This document shows, piece by piece, positions 33,201-38,160 of a stretch of 38,160 nt of DNA. The notes beneath the pieces were generated by a model that was not told the DNA's origin, searched no databases, and saw only the letters and a program-made list of their open reading frames with translations. Position 1 is the stretch's first letter. Each line of letters begins with the position of its first letter. The translations under genes were made by a program, and so were the position numbers. The stretch is from the NCBI GenBank assembly GCA_000004985.1, contig GG739018.1; one strand, 5' to 3'. Source of the DNA: Naegleria gruberi (Eukaryota).

Positions 33201-36200
33201 NNNNNNNNNNNNNNNNNNNNNNNNNNNNNNNNNNNNNNNNNNNNNNNNNNNNNNNNNNNNNNNNNNNNNNNNNNNNNNNNNNNNNNNNNNNNNNNNNNNN
33301 NNNNNNNNNNNNNNNNNNNNNNNNNNNNNNNNNNNNNNNNNNNNNNNNNNNNNNNNNNNNNNNNNNNNNNNNNNNNNNNNNNNNNNNNNNNNNNNNNNNN
33401 NNNNNNNNNNNNNNNNNNNNNNNNNNNNNNNNNNNNNNNNNNNNNNNNNNNNNNNNNNNNNNNNNNNNNNNNNNNNNNNNNNNNNNNNNNNNNNNNNNNN
33501 NNNNNNNNNNNNNNNNNNNNNNNNNNNNNNNNNNNNNNNNNNNNNNNNNNNNNNNNNNNNNNNNNNNNNNNNNNNNNNNNNNNNNNNNNNNNNNNNNNNN
33601 NNNNNNNNNNNNNNNNNNNNNNNNNNNNNNNNNNNNNNNNNNNNNNNNNNNNNNNNNNNNNNNNNNNNNNNNNNNNNNNNNNNNNNNNNNNNNNNNNNNN
33701 NNNNNNNNNNNNNNNNNNNNNNNNNNNNNNNNNNNNNNNNNNNNNNNNNNNNNNNNNNNNNNNNNNNNNNNNNNNNNNNNNNNNNNNNNNNNNNNNNNNN
33801 NNNNNNNNNNNNNNNNNNNNNNNNNNNNNNNNNNNNNNNNNNNNNNNNNNNNNNNNNNNNNNNNNNNNNNNNNNNNNNNNNNNNNNNNNNNNNNNNNNNN
33901 NNNNNNNNNNNNNNNNNNNNNNNNNNNNNNNNNNNNNNNNNNNNNNNNNNNNNNNNNNNNNNNNNNNNNNNNNNNNNNNNNNNNNNNNNNNNNNNNNNNN
34001 NNNNNNNNNNNNNNNNNNNNNNNNNNNNNNNNNNNNNNNNNNNNNNNNNNNNNNNNNNNNNNNNNNNNNNNNNNNNNNNNNNNNNNNNNNNNNNNNNNNN
34101 NNNNNNNNNNNNNNNNNNNNNNNNNNNNNNNNNNNNNNNNNNNNNNNNNNNNNNNNNNNNNNNNNNNNNNNNNNNNNNNNNNNNNNNNNNNNNNNNNNNN
34201 NNNNNNNNNNNNNNNNNNNNNNNNNNNNNNNNNNNNNNNNNNNNNNNNNNNNNNNNNNNNNNNNNNNNNNNNNNNNNNNNNNNNNNNNNNNNNNNNNNNN
34301 NNNNNNNNNNNNNNNNNNNNNNNNNNNNNNNNNNNNNNNNNNNNNNNNNNNNNNNNNNNNNNNNNNNNNNNNNNNNNNNNNNNNNNNNNNNNNNNNNNNN
34401 NNNNNNNNNNNNNNNNNNNNNNNNNNNNNNNNNNNNNNNNNNNNNNNNNNNNNNNNNNNNNNNNNNNNNNNNNNNNNNNNNNNNNNNNNNNNNNNNNNNN
34501 NNNNNNNNNNNNNNNNNNNNNNNNNNNNNNNNNNNNNNNNNNNNNNNNNNNNNNNNNNNNNNNNNNNNNNNNNNNNNNNNNNNNNNNNNNNNNNNNNNNN
34601 NNNNNNNNNNNNNNNNNNNNNNNNNNNNNNNNNNNNNNNNNNNNNNNNNNNNNNNNNNNNNNNNNNNNNNNNNNNNNNNNNNNNNNNNNNNNNNNNNNNN
34701 NNNNNNNNNNNNNNNNNNNNNNNNNNNNNNNNNNNNNNNNNNNNNNNNNNNNNNNNNNNNNNNNNNNNNNNNNNNNNNNNNNNNNNNNNNNNNNNNNNNN
34801 NNNNNNNNNNNNNNNNNNNNNNNNNNNNNNNNNNNNNNNNNNNNNNNNNNNNNNNNNNNNNNNNNNNNNNNNNNNNNNNNNNNNNNNNNNNNNNNNNNNN
34901 NNNNNNNNNNNNNNNNNNNNNNNNNNNNNNNNNNNNNNNNNNNNNNNNNNNNNNNNNNNNNNNNNNNNNNNNNNNNNNNNNNNNNNNNNNNNNNNNNNNN
35001 NNNNNNNNNNNNNNNNNNNNNNNNNNNNNNNNNNNNNNNNNNNNNNNNNNNNNNNNNNNNNNNNNNNNNNNNNNNNNNNNNNNNNNNNNNNNNNNNNNNN
35101 NNNNNNNNNNNNNNNNNNNNNNNNNNNNNNNNNNNNNNNNNNNNNNNNNNNNNNNNNNNNNNNNNNNNNNNNNNNNNNNNNNNNNNNNNNNNNNNNNNNN
35201 NNNNNNNNNNNNNNNNNNNNNNNNNNNNNNNNNNNNNNNNNNNNNNNNNNNNNNNNNNNNNNNNNNNNNNNNNNNNNNNNNNNNNNNNNNNNNNNNNNNN
35301 NNNNNNNNNNNNNNNNNNNNNNNNNNNNNNNNNNNNNNNNNNNNNNNNNNNNNNNNNNNNNNNNNNNNNNNNNNNNNNNNNNNNNNNNNNNNNNNNNNNN
35401 NNNNNNNNNNNNNNNNNNNNNNNNNNNNNNNNNNNNNNNNNNNNNNNNNNNNNNNNNNNNNNNNNNNNNNNNNNNNNNNNNNNNNNNNNNNNNNNNNNNN
35501 NNNNNNNNNNNNNNNNNNNNNNNNNNNNNNNNNNNNNNNNNNNNNNNNNNNNNNNNNNNNNNNNNNNNNNNNNNNNNNNNNNNNNNNNNNNNNNNNNNNN
35601 NNNNNNNNNNNNNNNNNNNNNNNNNNNNNNNNNNNNNNNNNNNNNNNNNNNNNNNNNNNNNNNNNNNNNNNNNNNNNNNNNNNNNNNNNNNNNNNNNNNN
35701 NNNNNNNNNNNNNNNNNNNNNNNNNNNNNNNNNNNNNNNNNNNNNNNNNNNNNNNNNNNNNNNNNNNNNNNNNNNNNNNNNNNNNNNNNNNNNNNNNNNN
35801 NNNNNNNNNNNNNNNNNNNNNNNNNNNNNNNNNNNNNNNNNNNNNNNNNNNNNNNNNNNNNNNNNNNNNNNNNNNNNNNNNNNNNNNNNNNNNNNNNNNN
35901 NNNNNNNNNNNNNNNNNNNNNNNNNNNNNNNNNNNNNNNNNNNNNNNNNNNNNNNNNNNNNNNNNNNNNNNNNNNNNNNNNNNNNNNNNNNNNNNNNNNN
36001 NNNNNNNNNNNNNNNNNNNNNNNNNNNNNNNNNNNNNNNNNNNNNNNNNNNNNNNNNNNNNNNNNNNNNNNNNNNNNNNNNNNNNNNNNNNNNNNNNNNN
36101 NNNNNNNNNNNNNNNNNNNNNNNNNNNNNNNNNNNNNNNNNNNNNNNNNNNNNNNNNNNNNNNNNNNNNNNNNNNNNNNNNNNNNNNNNNNNNNNNNNNN

Positions 36201-36486
36201 NNNNNNNNNNNNNNNNNNNNNNNNNNNNNNNNNNNNNNNNNNNNNNNNNNNNNNNNNNNNNNNNNNNNNNNNNNNNNNNNNNNNNNNNNNNNNNNNNNNN
36301 NNNNNNNNNNNNNNNNNNNNNNNNNNNNNNNNNNNNNNNNNNNNNNNNNNNNNNNNNNNNNNNNNNNNNNNNNNNNNNNNNNNNNNNNNNNNNNNNNNNN
36401 NNNNNNNNNNNNNNNNNNNNNNNNNNNNNNNNNNNNNNNNNNNNNNNNNNNNNNNNNNNNNNNNNNNNNNNNNNNNNNNNNNNNNN
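9221..36486. other. Run of 27,266 N (masked sequence or gap). It begins inside CWC15 and ends inside an ABCG transporter gene; the content cannot be assessed.
   Basis: Contiguous n characters. The 9,273-aa, 9,157-aa and 9,104-aa ORFs in the track are poly-X artefacts. Confidence 1.
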
Positions 36487-36487
36487 A

Positions 36488-37294
36488 TCTTCACTCAAAT
36501 GTTTTGGTGCTGATAAGGAACTCTATAGACGTGAAGCTCAGAATGGTATCAACAAGATGAGTTACTTCCTTGGTAAATTGACTGGTGAAATTCCTTCCTT
36601 GTTGATCTATCCATTGGTCTTTGTTACTTTCTGGTATATCCTCGTTAATCCTGAAGCTGAATTCTACACATACTATGGACTCTTCTTATTATTCGAAATT
36701 GTTTTCAGTTCTCTTGGCTATTTCATTTCAGTTTTCGTTCAAAGAACTCATGCTGAATTTGTTGGTGTAATGTACATTATTTTGTGTGCCTTGTTGGGTG
36801 GTGTTCAACCAACAGTTCGTACCATGTCTAAGGAATGGTATACATTGGTTTTGGTTTGTTCTTCTCCAGTGAGATGGGCTGTCGAATTAATGTACACTGT
36901 TGAAATTAGAAAGTATCAAGAAAGTAATCAAAATGTTGCTACTGCTTTGGAGAATTATGGTTTCTCCTATAAGGCCTACTATATTTCACCAATTATCTTG
37001 ATTGCTATCACTATCATTTTCTTGGTATTATCATTCGTTGGTTTGGTTATGAGAGATCCACAAGCTGTCGAAAGAATCAAGACTCTCACTAGAGTTTACA
37101 TTAGAAAGGGTAAGAGAAAGTTGAAGAAATTGAAGAGTGAAAGAAAGAAGCCTGGTGACTATGTCTTCCAACAAGAAAGTGAAATTCAAGTTCTCGAAGA
37201 TGGTGAAGAAAGTGAATCAGATGAAGACGACGAATTGTTATTGCAACAAGATGAAGTCTATCAACCACCATCCATGCAACAAGATCAACAATAA
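36488..37294 (+). CDS. ABC transporter of the ABCG/White subfamily, C-terminal membrane domain (inter-TM loop motif, TM3-TM6, charged tail). The nucleotide-binding domain, TM1-2 and the start are in the N block.
   Basis: Frame open from the first visible base: SSLKCFGADKELYRREAQNGINKMSYFLGKLTGEIP (the ABCG hallmark, cf. ABCG2 ...GYYRVSSYFLGKLLSDLLP and White ...YFLGKTIAELP). Four hydrophobic helices follow (SLLIYPLVFVTFWYILV, FYTYYGLFLLFEIVFSSLGYFISVFV, FVGVMYIILCALLGGV, YYISPIILIAITIIFLVLSFVGLVM) with an amphipathic WYTLVLVCSSPVRWAVELMY between them. Then the tail KGKRKLKKLKSERKK...GEESESDEDDELLLQQDE and TAA at 37292-37294. Codon bias is very strong (TTG, GGT, TTC, ATC, GAA, AGA). The ATG at 36557 in the ORF track is internal. 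Confidence 0.85.
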   Translation, partial: SSLKCFGADKELYRREAQNGINKMSYFLGKLTGEIPSLLIYPLVFVTFWYILVNPEAEFYTYYGLFLLFEIVFSSLGYFISVFVQRTHAEFVGVMYIILCALLGGVQPTVRTMSKEWYTLVLVCSSPVRWAVELMYTVEIRKYQESNQNVATALENYGFSYKAYYISPIILIAITIIFLVLSFVGLVMRDPQAVERIKTLTRVYIRKGKRKLKKLKSERKKPGDYVFQQESEIQVLEDGEESESDEDDELLLQQDEVYQPPSMQQDQQ

Positions 37295-37490
37295 ACAACC
37301 AACTTGTGTGAAAACAACACGTAAATCTTGTCTTTTAACATCTTGTTGTGTTGAAATTTTTTCAGACAAAAATTTTTCATATTTATTGGTGTAGTTTGAT
37401 GAGTGGGTGATTTTCATTAATAAAACACCGTACTAACATAATAGTATATAGGGAGTGTTCAGGATATATTTTTAAGAACATCAATGTGAA

Positions 37491-37547
37491 TCGGGTGTGT
37501 ATAGTGGTAGCATTCCAGACTGTCACTCTGGCGACCCGGGTTCAATT
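37491..37547 (+). tRNA. tRNA-Asp(GUC), 5' segment of a gene interrupted in the T-loop: acceptor 5' strand TCGGGTG, U8, D-loop AGTGGTA, anticodon arm CCAGA-CTGTCAC-TCTGG (anticodon GTC at 37522-37524), 4-nt variable CGAC, T-stem 5' strand CCGGG, T-loop TTCAATT
   Basis: Perfect 5-bp anticodon stem with a 7-nt loop, U33 and GUC. The T-loop TTCAATT is the same as the yeast tRNA-Asp T-loop UUCAAUU (recalled). The 4-nt variable region is as in tRNA-Asp. The D-stem is imperfect (GTAT/GCAT or GTGT/GCAT) and the D region is 2 nt short. The 3' strands are absent locally but present at 37967-37986. Confidence 0.5.
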
Positions 37548-37585
37548 TGTTTTGTTAGTTGAATGATATCGGTCATTCCTTATTT

Positions 37586-37627
37586 GGAAATTTCATTCCC
37601 GGTACCCATGGTATGAACGAGAGTTTT
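37586..37627 (+). repeat. 42-bp direct repeat, copy 1 (GGAAATTTCATTCCCGGTACCCATGGTATGAACGAGAGTTTT). It contains the near-palindrome GGTACCCATGGTA at 37601-37613.
   Basis: Matches 37927-37968 at 39 of 42 positions. A CTCGAG hexamer follows both copies within 21 nt (37643-37648 and 37981-37986). Confidence 0.7.
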
Positions 37628-37690
37628 GACTGTGTTAAATTACTCGAGTGCTTTTGATCAAGAAGTTACAGTTATGAATAATTATCAAGG

Positions 37691-37754
37691 AATTTGGCGA
37701 CACGGTATTATATTAATAATGTGTTATTATTAAATGTTAATTTGGCGTCACGGT
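37691..37754 (+). repeat. Pair of 16-bp direct repeats AATTTGGCG[A/T]CACGGT (37691-37706 and 37739-37754), period 48 bp. They are GC-rich islands in AT-rich DNA.
   Basis: 15/16 identity. Both copies are followed by R-ATT. Confidence 0.5.
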
Positions 37755-37823
37755 GATTGCAATGTGTTTTTATTACAGTTAGTATCTGTTCAACAACAAA
37801 TCATCAATAATTAATTAACAATC

Positions 37824-37841
37824 AGTGACCTAACGGTCACT
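37824..37841. repeat. Perfect 7-bp inverted repeat AGTGACC-TAAC-GGTCACT (hairpin-forming)
   Basis: Read directly from the sequence. It does not extend beyond 7 bp. Confidence 0.5.
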
Positions 37842-37926
37842 ATTTAATAAACATTAATAACCATTAATTTATTACTGTTAATTTGTTTTGTTGTTATTAT
37901 TGTTGTTGAAGTCATCTTCCAAATTA

Positions 37927-37968
37927 GGAAGTTTCATTCCCGGTAGCCATGATATGAACGAGAGTTTT
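37927..37968 (+). repeat. 42-bp direct repeat, copy 2 (GGAAGTTTCATTCCCGGTAGCCATGATATGAACGAGAGTTTT). It ends at the tRNA T-loop junction.
   Basis: See copy 1. Confidence 0.7.
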
Positions 37969-37986
37969 CAATTCCCGGCACTCGAG
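37967..37986 (+). tRNA. tRNA-Asp 3' segment: T-loop TTCAATT, T-stem 3' strand CCCGG, acceptor 3' strand CACTCGA, discriminator G
   Basis: CCCGG pairs with CCGGG at 37536-37540. CACTCGA pairs 7/7 (one G.U) with TCGGGTG at 37491-37497, giving U1-A72 and G73 as in tRNA-Asp. A T4 run at 37992-37995 and T5CT5 at 38019-38029 lie downstream. Confidence 0.45.
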
Positions 37987-38018
37987 ATCAATTTTAGACA
38001 CTATCTCCAAGATTTGAG

Positions 38019-38029
38019 TTTTTCTTTTT
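38019..38029 (+). terminator. Oligo-T tract TTTTTCTTTTT, a candidate RNA polymerase III terminator for the tRNA-Asp 3' segment (a weaker T4 lies at 37992-37995)
   Basis: It lies 33 nt downstream of discriminator G at 37986. Yeast Pol III normally needs a run of T5 or longer. Confidence 0.25.
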
Positions 38030-38160
38030 GCATATTAGGAGGAATGATATGTAATCTACCTATATATCAATTTTCAAAGTTTCATCTCTTAAAACCACTG
38101 ATAAAATAATCAAAGATTTTACACCCTCATTTTCCTTTTAAAAAATATTACTGTAAGTTA

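Larger units (their letters stand above)
37548..37966. mobile_element. 419-bp AT-rich non-coding insertion splitting the tRNA-Asp gene, flanked by a 7-bp direct duplication TTCAATT (37541-37547 and 37967-37973). Candidate small non-autonomous element or insertion/duplication scar; no terminal inverted repeat and no LTR-type TG..CA ends were recognised.
   Basis: Both tRNA halves end and begin with the same heptamer. Internal 42-bp direct repeats (37586-37627 and 37927-37968, 39/42 identical) are present, and the second copy ends exactly at the right junction. Also present are 16-bp direct repeats, a hairpin and a (TTG/TTA)n stretch at 37881-37908. Confidence 0.3.

Noticed and set aside
8692-36513. 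Giant ORFs in the supplied track (9,273 aa plus; 9,157 aa and 9,104 aa minus; also 1,470/1,523/1,391 aa across 3855-7989 and 244/96/90 aa across 1152-1396)
   Set aside because: They consist almost entirely of X from translating N. Only their visible ends are real. Those ends resolve into CWC15 and the ABCG C-terminus (plus strand), and into the N-termini of the genes at 3583 (plus) and 8267 (minus). The visible tail of the minus-strand giants (36487-36494/98) is only a few codons and is not treated as anything.
37493-37556. Intact canonical tRNA at this position
   Set aside because: After the T-loop the sequence is TGTTT rather than the CCCGG needed to close the T-stem, and no local acceptor 3' strand is present. 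Only the split-gene model (with 37967-37986) folds.
37888-38109. 73-aa plus ORF (MLLLLLLKSSSK...) and the other small ORFs at 1526..1723, 2516..2701, 3322..3586, 37101..37394
   Set aside because: They are antisense or overlapping shadows of better-supported genes, or run through repeats and the tRNA 3' segment. They use TTG/GTG starts, are low-complexity, and show no homology.
1-38160. Prokaryotic-type features (CRISPR arrays, operons, RBS, rho-independent terminators)
   Set aside because: The sequence is eukaryotic (spliceosomal protein gene, spliceosomal-type intron signals, Pol III tRNA gene, monocistronic spaced genes). No short regularly spaced repeats were found in the visible 6.5 kb.

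Overview
This 38,160-nt window is AT-rich nuclear DNA that looks like a budding yeast (Saccharomycotina). The inference rests on AGA/TTG/GGT/CCA codon bias, A-rich sequence before ATGs, poly-Asn tracts, short intergenic spacers and GTAAGT/TACTAAC-type splice signals. About 83% of the window is runs of N: 1152-1396, 3855-7989 and 9221-36486. These are masking or scaffold gaps, and position 11 is also an ambiguous n. Every ORF in the supplied track that runs through X residues is an artefact of translating N, including the 9,273-aa and 1,470-aa ORFs.

What can be read directly:
- Minus strand, 79-1150: a gene whose 5' end is hidden in the first N block. Its frame shifts by +1 somewhere between 590 and 681.
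- Minus strand, 1397-1743: an E/K-rich coiled-coil gene running into the same N block. Its frame stays open upstream of the first ATG and abuts a 49-codon ATG-initiated ORF for a single-TM micro-protein (1928-2077) in the +1 frame.
- Minus strand, 2136-3405: a BTB/POZ-domain gene, best explained as two exons joined by a 49-nt intron (2406-2454).
- Two convergent genes whose N-terminal ~90 codons are visible on either side of the 4.1-kb N block: 3583-3854 on the plus strand and 8267-7990 on the minus strand.
- Plus strand, 8692-9220: the first 176 codons of a clear CWC15 (spliceosomal Cwc15/AD002) orthologue. It stops at an (ATG)4 microsatellite at the edge of the 27-kb N block.
- Plus strand, 36488-37294: the C-terminal transmembrane half (YFLGK loop motif, TM3-TM6 and an acidic tail) of an ABCG/White-type ABC transporter emerging from that block.
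- Downstream, 37491-37986: a tRNA-Asp(GUC) gene whose cloverleaf is split in the T-loop by a 419-bp non-coding insertion flanked by a 7-bp duplication TTCAATT. The insertion carries 42-bp and 16-bp direct repeats and a 7-bp-stem hairpin. An oligo-T Pol III terminator follows.

No bacterial-type systems (CRISPR, operons) are present. Any larger undescribed system would have to lie in the masked 27 kb, which cannot be assessed.
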